A DNA stretch of 64,000 nucleotides from Tubiluchus corallicola (lineage: Eukaryota; Animalia; Priapulida), in NCBI GenBank assembly GCA_030141605.1, contig JAQGDQ010000450.1:62001-126000 (forward strand). The letters are read 5' to 3'. How positions within the stretch are numbered: the stretch's first letter is position 1; every line of letters begins with the position of its first letter. Below are positions 34,598 to 47,671 of this stretch, piece by piece. The notes beneath the pieces were generated by a model that ran no database searches, was not told the DNA's origin, and saw only the letters and a program-made list of their open reading frames with translations. The position numbers were made by a program, and so were the translations under genes.

Positions 34598-36661
34598 AAA
34601 AGTCTTAGTTAAATACTAAAATATTTTGTAATCATGGAGCAGGGCAGAGCGAGATCAAAGGGTCGTCTAGTCTCCTGCCCTTTCATATAGCTAAATAGGT
34701 ATAATAAACATAAATGGTGATGCTGCAGATAACAAAATCAAATAAGAAGAAAGAAAAAGACAAAGTAGCACAAATTTTCGAAAGAAATAGCGTAAAGTTA
34801 AACATATAAATCTAAGCAAAAGAACACAATTTTGGGGACACCAAAAGATTTGTAAGCAACATAATAAACCAAAATCCTTAATTAAAGTCTGAAGTAAAAC
34901 ATTGAATCAAACTAAAACAAAACGAATGATGAGTAATTCATCAATTATAACAAAGTAATTTTCATTAGGCTACTTCATTAGGCCGAACTTGGTATTTATC
35001 CCTTTTCTTTTATTCTAATAGTGATGCTAGGCTATAGCTAAGGTCAAATTTTTATCGAGGCAAATAAGTGGAAAGCATGTCTGAAGCTTAGGTATGTATT
35101 TAAATGTAGGTGTAGACCTGCCCTCAAATACATTAGGTTAGGCAAATTTTTCATCATATCTACATTAGCTGGATCAAATTGAGTACTTGGACTAGTTGCC
35201 TGAATACTACTTGAACTTGTTACCCACTGCATGGTTCACTTCTTACAGAGGTTATAGAAACCTTGGCTGTTAGCCTGTTATGCCAAAATCAAATAGTGTC
35301 TCGTTTCTGCAAATAAAAAATATAATCTCAAAACACGATGAAAGAAATTTCCATAATATTTCCATCGATTTACCATCATCATAAAATTGCTTTCATTTGT
35401 AAATCTAGCTCATAGCCAAATATAGAAATTGCAACCATTTGGTAGTTTTCGGTTATTGGTCAGTTGAAAGTGTTGACACAGTCCACTGATATGCGATAAA
35501 TGATCACTGATCAGCCAAATAATTCAAGAAAGCAACAAAGGTAACATATAGTCCAAAAGGTGCTGATTAAGTAAAAGACTCAGCTTACTTACAGCCTGAT
35601 CTAAACAATAAGTCAGTCTGGTTAACAGAAATATTATGGATCTCATGACACAGGACAAAAAATTGTAAATTCAACAGTTAGATGATTTTTTTAAAAATCG
35701 AGTCAGGAAAATTAACCTAGGCAAGTGCCTCATTTGCCTCAGTGTAGCTACGGCCTACTGGTGCAACGTGATGTAGTTGCTGGCTTTAATATTATTATAA
35801 TTTTCATAATTATGCATAGATGCAAATTTTAGCGTTAAAACAAAGTACACTTCAATGCTTTTCAAAATGAAACCACATTCTTGTTTGAGAGTCAGCATCT
35901 ACCCATACTTAGCATTACAGATAAGTACTTGATCACTACTAAAGTACTAATACAGTGGAAATTTGTACAGTATATAAAAGAAGATTAAATAACCACTTTG
36001 CAGGAAGATTTCGTAATATTGATAAGCTGCAGACTCATAAAAAAACCTCACAAAACGTTTTATGCAGTACTAACTACGTCAAGTCTAACGATAATGCTCT
36101 AAACATCTTTGGTTTCGTTGGCGGCATCTCTAAAGGATGACAAATTAAACAATTTATCACTGATGCATATTGAGTCAGATATGTTGAAAAAAATGGAGTT
36201 TTCAGAAATTATAACTGACTTTGCCCCAGAAAAATTTGGAAACTGAAATTTTGAATTTAAACTTGAATTGTGTAAACTTGATTTGTGTAAACCAGATTTG
36301 AAATATAGTGACTGACTTTTGAAAAAAAAACTTTTTTCTATATTTTATTTTGGCGGGCCCCTTGCTCTTTTGTCAATTTATTTTTTTTACAAAAAAAAAA
36401 TTTTTTCGTTTTATTTTGCCGGGCCCCTTTTCATCCCGGGCCTTGGGCTTCAGCCTATATGGCTATCCGCTACAGCCGGCATGTTGCTTTTTTTGCTAGA
36501 AGAACGCTAATTTTTCTAATATAGTGTACATACGTGAGTATATAGCTCAGATTTTTTGCATTATTAATTTTTATCAGTCTGTTTTTAATGCATTACTAGG
36601 TAGTATAGCTGATCTTGGTGGTGGGCAGTCTTGCTTTTGCTTTTCTAACATTAAGATTATT

Positions 36662-39600
36662 ATGGATTTGGTGGTGGAAGGTGTACAGTACTTGTATCAT
36701 TCCTACTTGTGGACACTCACATTTGCAGGTAATTATTAGCTACAATTAAAGCTACTACAGCAGAGTCTATATTATTTATCGCAAGTAATATCTCATAAGT
36801 TTCTTCACTCCCATCTCCTTCATGACAACAAATATTTACGTACTTTTAACATCCCTGTTCGAGTAAAACTGCCCATGAGGTACTAGTGCTAACCTTTATA
36901 TTTTCTGAACGAGAATTAGATTTTTTTTCTAGCTCTCTAAATTGAATGTATAGATATTTGTCTTCAATGTAGCAATTAACTGCAGCAAATAATTTGCAAA
37001 ATTTTCCCAGAATTTTCATTTCAAACCCTTCTAGCTTCCAAGACTTAGTGATCGCTTGTATCTAAAACTGTTCAACGTAAAAAATGTAGAATGTTTACTT
37101 CTGCATAAAATTTCGCAAAGCATTCAAATTTTTCAATTACTGCAAGTTTGTATGCTTGACAGCTCTAAGACGTCGTGAAATTTGTGTTTGTCGCAGGTGG
37201 GTCTGCCTTGCATGGGTAGCAGTTAATTATAACAACCGGCCATTGCGCTGTTAAATTAACATTCGGCACACCCAGAACAATCTGTAGCTGTATAGCAAGG
37301 TCGTGTCCATCAATATTGTTTGATGAATATTGGTTTACTTCCAAGAGATTTTGCAAAGGCTGATAATTTGATAACGTATTTACAGTTCTGCTAACAAGTG
37401 AAAGATAAACAAATTATCCCACTCTAAACATATAACTGATTAATGCCCAAGTTATAAATCCAGCTGTGAAATTGCACTAACCTTAAAAAATACTAAAAAA
37501 CACTGTTAATTTTTTTTTATTTTTCTTACATTCAAAAGCATTTTGTATATTAAGCATAATAACATCAGGTCTTTTCAGAGTACAGCTCACATGCACTGGA
37601 CAGTGGAGAGTGCTGGCTGTTTCATTCTGTCAATACACACCTAGATGACAATAAAAATTATTCTAGCATGCTAATAAAAGCCTTTCCTAATGAGCACAGG
37701 GCTGATCGACATCATTGCTGCTACAAGCGCAAAGCAGAATTTTTATCTATTAGTTGCAAAAACTTTTTTCTTCGGAGACTGAAAATGAAGAATATAACAC
37801 ATTTTTTTGTTCTTATATAATTTACTTGTATGTTAGCCATTTCTTTTCCAAATTGTGTTAAATTTCAAGAGTGAAAAGTTTAGTTAATAAGGTTTTGTTT
37901 TTGCCCACCAAAGGTCACGAGTAAATGTATTTACCCGTGAGAAAGGAGTTTTCATTGATTACCGTCACGAATAAATTATTGGTTTGGCATATATTCAGAT
38001 ATCTTTATAACCTGTTTGAGAAGTTTTACCGAGGTGGTGAGTTTTCATTCTCCAATAACAAACATTAAACAGGTTAACATTTTTCACCAGGCCAGTGTCC
38101 TTTTGGCAACATCGGTGAACACTTATGAATGTTTTTGAGCATGTTTACTTATTTAGTGGCTGGTGGACTGATAAATTTTCTGTTAATCGCGAACCCCATT
38201 AAACCCTGGCTTTGTAAATGATTCTAAGGTATTTCCATAGATATAGCATTTCCCAAATTGATTTAACCAGTGCCTAGACTCCTTTACTAAATTTAAGAAG
38301 TATTAGACATTTGTCTGCGGTTCCATAGCATCCCTATGTACATGTACATTTTAAAAAACGTAAGCTATACATCAGTTGATATTTAACATTTAGTGACTCA
38401 TGAATTTGTTAAAGGAAGACCAACCTTCGCACAACATTCATTGTATTCTAATATATTACATAAAATTAACATAAATATTAAAATAAAAATATTAATATAA
38501 AAATTAACCTCGCTGCAGGTTTGTTTGAAAAAATGATGTAAGCTGCGCCCAAGCGTGAAGTGATCGAGATTTTAAATTGATTTTATTAATAACTAGAGAC
38601 ACTTATCACAATTTTATTTCTGAAACTTTCTAACATTTTTCTCAGCTATTAAAATAAGCTTGCTTAACTTTCCAAGAGACTTGGCTTTTGCTTTTACCAA
38701 AAACTGCCCAATAAATATTAAAAATTTGGGTGCTAAATTGGTGAATTGATTTTGATCTGCTTTCAGACGAACGTGTTGAAAAATGGCTTCTGATGAGTTC
38801 ACCACGGTACACATTGGCTTTGACAATGTTGTACTTGTTTGTGGTCTGGCTCGGTCCAAAAGCGATGAAACACAGGGAACCTTGGCAAATGCGCAAGACT
38901 TTAGTTGCTTACAACTTTGCCACGATGGGTTTAAATTTGTATATATTCGTAGAGGTAAGTTGGGGACCATTGATCTCAAGTTAGCTGTGGTTGCGCAGAT
39001 GGTGCAGACTCTTTACTGTAACACTAGCTTTTGCGGTTTTATTACCATGATCGTAATCATAAAATTCTGCAGCATTTTTGAAATTTTATTATGGCTATTT
39101 TTGGAGGAATTTAGAATTTTGTGTTTTGAATAATAATTGGATAAGAAAACAATAAAAAGTGATTAGATTGTCAACTTTCGTAATAAACTCATTTTAGCTG
39201 ATAATAGCACAGCGTCATTTCTATGTAAATACCTACAAAAGGACTTGTGGTATATGCTTCCGATAATAAGTCTCTGTTTTTAAACTTTGTCAAGCTGCAA
39301 CTAGATCATTTGAAGTATGTACATAGTTATTGGAACATATATAAAGATATACTATATATCTTCTTTTTAGCACATTTGTATATTGCCATTGAAAGTTTAA
39401 GCTTTACTAACCAAAAATTTACTTAAACAAGCCCCAAGTCCACAAAGTAACAAAGCAACCAAACTAATGAAAATTTGACAAAGGTAGTTAAAAAGACAGG
39501 GCCATGCTGAAGTCAAGTGAATGGTGTGTACGGCTGACAGTTACATCTAACAAGATTTGTACTGCTGGTTTGCAAATTTTTTGTATGGTCATTACCCTCA

Positions 39601-42600
39601 TATAAAGCCTTAAAGCATCTGACATGGGAGACATACTTTTTGTAACTGTAAATTTTGTCACTATGCTATCTACGGATTTTATTTCATTTTCTTTTATTGT
39701 ACAAATTTGCTCTTACTCGCAGATTTCACCGAGTAAATCTCAATTCCTTAAAAATTGTTTCACTGTAATTGTTGCTGCTAAAATTTTGAATTACGACAGG
39801 TACCCACAAAATACCGATAAATGCAATTAAACAGTTGTTGCAGATATGATCAGACAGTTGAAAATTTCTGTTTCGCTGTAATTGTATCTTATTTTGCAGA
39901 TACTTGATGCTTCAACTAGATTAGGTTATAGCTACGTGTGCCAACCAGTCGATTATTCTTGGAATTATAATGAGTTGAGAGTAAGAACTTTTCTAGTTAA
40001 TTTTTGATAGAGCTTTGTAAGTGACCAACTTTAATTTTGATATTTTCATTTTTGTCATACCTAGTCATCTAAATGCCTATGGCATGTGAATTAAAGGGAA
40101 ATGTTTGACCAAACTGACAGTTTGTTTCTTTGACGATAGTCCAAGTTGAATAGAAAACAGTGATCCTAATTATTGTGATGTATTTCGTTGATACATTCAG
40201 ATAGCTAAAGCCCTCTGGTGGTACTATTTTTCCAAACTACTGGAATTCTGTGACACATTTTTCTTCATTCTGAGGAAGAAGAACAGTCAGATTACATTCC
40301 TTCATGTCTACCATCACTCGACCATGTTCTGCTTGTGGTGGATAGGCATCAAATGGGTAGCTGGAGGCTCTGGTGAGTTTGATTTATTACCCTTAGTAGC
40401 CAGATGTATGTTTTTTGCCACCTTTCAGCTATGTTCTATGTATGAATGTGTGTGCAGCTTTTCGAATCTATCCTCCACATACGATTTTGTGTAAACGTGC
40501 ACTTGCTCTGCTTAATTTTCTGAAATTTCCTTCCATTTCATTTGAAAATGATTAATTGTAGCTTCATATTAGGTGAGAAAAGAAGTTTTATTAAAAGTAT
40601 GAACCCCAATGATGTAATAAACATGCTGTAAAATTTTATTTGGAATGCTTTGGCTGCTCTGATAGCCATTGCCACCCAATATGCACCAACAATAAAAAGC
40701 AGAAAGGATGTATTTAGAAAAACAAGTTTGTGAATTATCCGACACTATAAAATTTTCCAATCATTAACGGCCCAACATCAAATAAAGAAGGGTAATACAC
40801 ACTCAAGTGGCACAGCTATTAGGGGTGAAAGAGATACAACCACTCTAAGAAGCACATTTTTCAAAATTGGCATATTTTCAACAATGGACTCATTGTTTAT
40901 TTGACCATTGTTTAAGGACTCATGGACTTTATTTGACCAACCTGCCTCCTGTGTTTTTTTAAATGAGCATGCATTTATCAAGGTTGACTAATTGAACCAA
41001 GGACCAAATTGCCCCCTAACCTGTTTTTGCTTGCCCTAACCTTAGAATCTGGCTACGCCCCTGACAATCACTAGTCACTACGGCAAAAACTACGCAAGTA
41101 AATGACTATAAAGCATTAGTCAGAAACACACACACAAGAAACAAACAATGTTACAATGAAGCCATAGTTTTATTTTTGCAAGTGTAATTGGCTGATCTTG
41201 GCTGTCAGGACAGTTAAAATAACATTGTGTTTCACAATTGAAATGCCCAAAATAAATTATCGCATCATGTTTTTTTACATCGTTGGTGTCCATATTTTTA
41301 ATCGTGATTCCTTTCTGTTACCGCTCCGTTTAACTCAGTCAAATAATTTTAGTGCAGATATTTGCTGCTGTTTTAAATCTCTAGCAAAATCCGGTGAAGT
41401 TCCAAAATAAGGAAAATCCTTACTCTGTTTTGTTTACAAAAGTGCCTTAAATTCTCTAAAGCATGTAGTTAATGTTTCTTTGCTATATTTTTATTCCCTG
41501 GTTATTGTTGGATGACAGTATTCCAAATGTCCTTAATATTTTTCTGTAAGCCAAAATTCTGCAGTTAATACGTTTGAATGCAGCTCAAATCTCCTCGCTG
41601 TAAACTTTCAGAATTAAGTACGAACACCAGTTTTCGCACACGAGTATTTTGAATAGTTAATATGACAAATGAAAGATTGCAAATCATTGCAAATGTAGGA
41701 GAACAAGTTAGCAAAATTTGCATACATGTACCATTTTGAGGTAGGTTTTTGCTTCTGTTTCTTGAACTTGTTAATACACGTATGTTACTGAAGCTTAATT
41801 AGCAAACTTTCTGATTTGTTTACAGCATTTTACGGCGCTCTAGTCAATTCATTTATTCACGTGTTGATGTACACGTATTACGGACTCGCAGCTCTTGGAC
41901 CTGCGTACCAAAAATACCTTTGGTGGAAAAAATACCTCACTGTTTTACAGCTGGTGGGTTTCAACGTTTTTTCGTTTGTTTATTTGTTAGCTTAACTATG
42001 CACATCTTGGTCTTAGAGTTCTTATGAGTTTACCGATAATCGCACTTTCGGTTCAGTTTCATTTTTTCCAAAAGTTATTAAGCTTCGTAGCCAAAACATT
42101 CCGTAATTTTCAGTGGTATTTTTATTAGTATTCATCCAATTTTATTTTTCTTTTCTCCTAGATGTTAAAAACCGTTGAAAAATCTTGGCTAAAATAGTTC
42201 AAATAATCCGAGAATTTGATGCAGCCTGCATGTTAAAGTCAAGTTTCTAGGGCAGTGTGACATATCTTTCAAGGCACAGTCACCCGAAATATAAGAGTGT
42301 ATAACTTGAACAGAACCAAGTTAAATTTTATAATTTATGAAATATACCAACCAAAAAATATATACAAAATCAAAATTGTTTATATTTTGAAACATTTAGT
42401 TCCAAGCTGCTAGTTTTGGTTGTAGTTCTACAAATGAGCTATAAATTGAATTGTTTTAATTCAACTGCTATGTAACGCAAATTTTTGTTGGCTTGCTATT
42501 TCACCAAATTTGTAAGCTTTCACCACATGAAAGCAAACAAGCAAAAACAAAGTCTTTGTGAATTTTTTTCCACGTTAATAATACATGGTTTTGCAAAAAT

Positions 42601-45130
42601 GATATCGGTTCGGTTTCGGTTTGTAATTTCAGTTTCAGTAATTTCTCTTAATATTAGTGTAGGCATAACCACATGCGTTTGTTGCAATTATTGTGAACAG
42701 ATACATTCTTGTTAGAGTTACTGCATGGGCTAACAGTCACAGCATAACATATTTCAAATCAATTTCAAAATCGCTCCATCATTAAGTTGAGCAATTTAAG
42801 CAGCAATTAAAGTTACAAAAAATTAGTTTTCGTCTGTGTTGCTTGAGTTTTTAAGCACATCATGAATATACAAATACAGTAAACGACTTATAACTTGACC
42901 CATTATAACTCGAAATATAGTGTACATAACAGGTTTTGTGCAACAGATTTATTTTTTTATTTTTCTCTTTACTGAACATCGTGTAACTCGAAATCTGTAA
43001 CTTCAAATATCGCTTCACTCAAACTGAAAGCCAGGTACAATTTGTAATAATCTAATTGAAGTTAACCTGCATATCTCGAAGCACCTCCCTTATGAGAAAT
43101 TCTACACAAAAGTGTGCATCATATTACGATTTTAACTGCTAGCTTCAGCAAAAATGCTAAGATTTCTTGTATTACCTTAGTAGAGCGCTGAACACAACTT
43201 GGCTTTAACGAATGTGGTTTAATAACTAGATCACAATATTTTTGTTGTCGAATTCTGTTAACTATGCTACCAAACTACAATAGAGATGGACCAGTCATTT
43301 TTATTTTGATTAGTCATAAAAGTTGTTGTTTAATATTTTATTAAAGGCTCAGTTTGTCATTTTCACAGGCTGTATGTATTGTCCGTTGTGGATGAGTGAC
43401 TCAATCTGTTTTTTTGCGAATATCGTCTAACTTGTACCCTCGCATAACTTCCATAAATTTTTCGTTCCCGTGGTGTTCAAGTTTTATGTAGTTTACTGTA
43501 TTTGTATAACTTGTGTAAGTACACGGATAGCTCTTCAATAGTACATTTATTTGTAGCAATAATCACTTGTATACTGGAATGAAATGTAACTGTAATAATT
43601 ATTTACAGATTCAGTTCTGCATGGGTATAATTCATGGCACCGTTGCACTATACGTGGACTGTCCATTTCCTCGGTGGATGCAGTACTCTCTGATTGGCTA
43701 TGCCTTCTCTTTTGTGATACTGTTTGGAAACTTTTACTTCCAAGCCTACATTAAAAAGCAAAGGGTCACAAGGGTGAGTCGATTTTAAATTGTTCTTGTT
43801 ACAGAAATAGAGTGAAAAGTTTTAACGTAATGACGTAAAAGGATTCTAAAGTTGCATTACTCATTTTGATGGCAAAGGTGTCTAAAAATTATAATACAGG
43901 TCCGTAGTAAATTACATATAACTCGAACTGGTATAATTCTTGCTTGTCTCAAACAGATCTCGTGGATCTGATTTTCCCCTTTATTTTCCCTTTACCAAAC
44001 ATTGATTAACTTGAAATCTGTAACTCTAATTATTGCATAACTCAAACTGAATTCCCGGTACATTTCTTAAGAATCTGGCTGAAATTACTTCACCTATCTC
44101 AAACAGCTTTCAAAGCAAGAAGTCCTACGTGAAAGTGTGCGCCATATTACGATTTAAACTGCTAGTTAGAGCAAAAATGTTAAGATTCTCCTATTATCTT
44201 AGCAGAACGCTGCTAACAACATGGCTTAGCAAACATGGTTTAATGTAGGTCACAATATTATTATTACTGAATTCTATTAACCATGCTACTCAGACTACAA
44301 TAGAGGTGGACCAGTCATTTTAGTTTTGATTATTCATAAAAATTGTTATTTGATATTTGATTAAAAGCTCCGATACTGAAGAGTGACTCTAACTCGAACA
44401 AATTTTCTAGGTGTTAGACTTATACCTAGTTTACTGCATTAGTATTTTATAGAATAAGGTTTACACTTGTACAATTACTTGTGACAATATCTGAAGAAAA
44501 ATTTGTTTGACTTGAGCATTTTCAGCTTTTAATTGCCAAAAATGACAACCGCAGGTAGTCGTCAACTTACGACCCGTGCGACTTACGATTGTTCGACTTT
44601 TTACCCAACCGCAACTTGATTAAATAATTATACAAAGTAATGATAACTCATATTTCCTTGTTTTTTTAAGCAAATTAGTTTTAAATCTCTGTCTGTTCTG
44701 ACAAATTTATTTTTTAGACATTGCTATACTTAGTGTGTATACACAGACAACATCTTACGTGTAAGGGGCTCACCACTTGAACATACGGTTCTGACTTGCA
44801 TCCAAGTCGTCTTACGATGAACATCCCAGAACCGACTGTGGTCGTAAGTCGACGTCTATCTGTAATAGACCAGTTATTAAAAAAAAATAAGACTGGCAAG
44901 ATCAACAAATTGCAATTTGGATTTGAGTATTCTCATTGCAGTTATAATGATGCACAATATGCATGTTTGTATATTCTCAGCTGTGTTCTTCTGATTTTTT
45001 CCAGGCTTCTAGTGTTGTACGTTATAAGTCTAGCATAAAAGAGGAAAATAGCCACAATAATGTGTCAAATGGGTTGCTCAAGAATACGGATGTAAACGTA
45101 AAGAAAAGAAGATATCAAAAAGATCATTAG
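36662..45130 (+). CDS. ELOVL4: Very-long-chain fatty acid elongase, ELOVL4-type, 308 aa, 7 coding exons
   Basis: Exons 36662-36728, 38767-38954, 39900-39980, 40201-40372, 41826-41953, 43609-43773, 45005-45130 (927 nt). Motifs [63 protein letters not shown]. The internal exon sizes 188/81/172/128 match the vertebrate ELOVL4 layout as I recall it. The basic C-terminus KKRRYQKDH resembles an ER-retrieval signal. Confidence 0.93.
42040..42649 (-). mobile_element. hAT-type MITE, inverted homolog of 55319-56026
   Basis: CACTTTCGGTTCAGTTTC...GCTTCGTAGCCAAAACATTCCGTAATTTT and TTTTGCAAAAATGATATCGGTT align in reverse complement with 55910-55980 and 55400-55420. Confidence 0.7.
42877..43498. mobile_element. 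pogo/Tc1-mariner-type MITE, copy A
   Basis: TA|CAGTAAAC...GTTTACTG|TA termini, internal ATAACTCGAA motifs, and body homologous to 43905-44436. Confidence 0.75.
43905..44436. mobile_element. pogo/Tc1-mariner-type MITE, copy B
   Basis: Shares ATTACGATTT.AACTGCTAG...CTACAATAGAG.TGGACCAGTCATTTT..TTTTGATTA.TCATAAAA with copy A and ends GTTTACTG. Confidence 0.7.
44552..44862. mobile_element. Tigger/pogo-like MITE
   Basis: TIRs CAGGTAGTCGTCAACTTACGACC / GGTCGTAAGTCGACGTCTATCTG|TA, with subterminal CGACTTACGA repeats. Confidence 0.75.
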
Positions 45131-47671
45131 CATATATGAATATAAGAAATAATTAATAATATTAAATACCACTCAACAGTAGGTCCTGTTGAAAAAAGGA
45201 AGTTTGTTTGTTTGTTTGTTCTTTCCACTAGTGATTGCCTGAAGTTTTGTTGAAAGTCATGCCATCATGTAAACTGAACAATGCAGTCGAATTTCCACCT
45301 TCCCTGTAATGAAATAGTAGCACACAAGCTCATATTTCTAGATTTTAGCAAGTTTGGAAAGCAATGAATTTTTATATATTATGTGGCTATTGTACATTCA
45401 CATGCTTGGTGTTGCATGACATGCTTGTAATGCCACATGGCGATACACCATATACATGGAAAAAAATGGTCTTTTATAAACCAGGCCTGAAAATGATTAG
45501 TAGTGTAATTATCTGTAATTGAATTTCTTATTTCTTTGATTTATTGTTGTATTGTCAAATTTATTATTATGCCAAAGTGTTTTTGTATTATAAACTTGAC
45601 TGTGATTGGCTCACTTTTAATCGCACATAATGGTTCTAGTCAGCATGCTTTGCTGTTTAACGCAATAATGCTCTTAAATGCAGTGTGTAAATTATGTATA
45701 GTTTGTTTATTGATTTTAAGCACTTTTGATGTGTTTATATGCAATTTGTTCAATAAGCGGCCATTGGTTTGAAATTCTATATCTGTGTATGTGCAGTCTT
45801 GTTTGACTAATTGGAATTTAAAGTACCAGCATTTTAACTATACATAGCAATTGTATTGTCTTCTGTGTTGTAATAGTTTATTATTAGGAATGTCTTTGGA
45901 ATTTACATGTTTACAGTTTTACCTATGTACTTTTGTGCTACCTTTGTAGCTAAGTATAGGGTTATGCCTTGGCAGCTTATTATATCTATATACAGTTATT
46001 TATCTACAAGCGTTAATTAAAAGTAAGTTACTCGAAAAGTGAGTAAATAAAAGTAATAACAGCTGTGTTGTGATTGATTACTTTTGATGATTTCAGCCAC
46101 TTTTTTGTTTATGTTATTCTATTTGCTTGGTCTGCTGTGATTGTATATTTGATGGTAACTATTGCTATTATACTGATACATGGCTTGCATCGAAAATTTA
46201 ATAAAAAATTCTCTAACGTGTTTTATGCGGTCTAATCTAGCCCTCAAGTTCAGTGATGCTGTTCTCAATGTTCTGACACATCATTTATTTAATTTTGTGT
46301 ATTTTTGTTACTTCTACTTTTGTAATTGATTTTAAACTCGTTTATGGCAGGAAGCATTATTTAAAATATGGATATCACAAGAATGGCAGTCAATACATGA
46401 GCAATCTTAGGAAAAAATTTTTGTACTTGAAAAATAAGAATTTGCTCTTCTAGATTTTTGCCCATCAATTATTTGTTTTTAACTTGTTAATGTGGTCGTG
46501 GATAGTTGTAAAACATACATGTGCATGTTCTAGTAATATTTGTTGTTTCATCAATTATTGGTTTGAATAGTATTCTGTAGTAATAGACCAAAAGATTGTT
46601 TATGATCATGAATCACGCTAATAAATTCATTTCCTAATTAATAATAAATGGTTGATAAACGTGATCTTCTTTTAATATGGTTTTTGTGTACTCGTCTATT
46701 TTGTTTGTTTGACCCTGTCTTATTAGGATAAAAATTTATACCTGGTTTATTGTAGTAACAGACCTTTGATGAATAACTCATTGCAGAGTAGACCCAAATC
46801 AGTTCAACCACTCTGACAATAGTAATGATTATTGGCATAAAATAGGTCGAGTCTCAAATACAATGTTATTTGGACGTTTGAGTAGAGACGAGGTCTCATG
46901 ATAACTATTAAATAAATTACGATTTATTTATTATAGTTTTGCAAATAGTGGGTATAAATTTACTGACTATTGTCACTGAATTTATAGTAATGGAACGGAG
47001 ATATCTAGGTCATTCTAGCACAAACAGGGTTCTATGAATTTTCGCAGTATTTTTGTTTGTTTTTATTGCATTATTATATTAGCACCAAATTTATTTTTAA
47101 TTTTTGTTGGCTAAAATTTTTGCCTATTTGTGTTTTTGCATTGTTTGCTGCTGGCGGTTGTTGCTTAATTAATTGCTTACTGATCACTGACGCATATGTA
47201 TGCACGAGTCGTAAAAAAGTCCTTGACTGTCCCTAATGCATCAACATTTTCGGATTGCGTTAGTAGTGTTACGCCTACTACAATATGGTGGCCTATTGGA
47301 TGGTTTTAACAGAAAATTTGCATTTTATCTTCGTTAATTTGCAGCCGTTGCTATTTACCACATAAACTTAGTTGATTACGTTGCATCCGTTTGAAAAGGT
47401 TTCAAGGTAATTAACCCAGAATTTTATGCATAAATTAAGTTAGGGTTTATTTCACATCACACATTACAAAAATACTCTCACTGAAGTAGTGCAACCACAA
47501 TTATGAACACTGAAAATTTTTAGTTTGCTCGATATTAATACACCGCATTAGCAACTTAATCCAACCTACCTACTAATTTGTGGTTTGTAAGAGTTCCGTT
47601 AATTTAACATTTTGACATGTTACACTGTAGTTTTGGAGGACGAAATCTCCACTGAATCGAGGAAAGCAATC

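Noticed and set aside
44719-44842. Alternative ELOVL exon (AG...GTAAGT)
   Set aside because: Contains an in-frame stop, and the donor is part of a MITE TIR.
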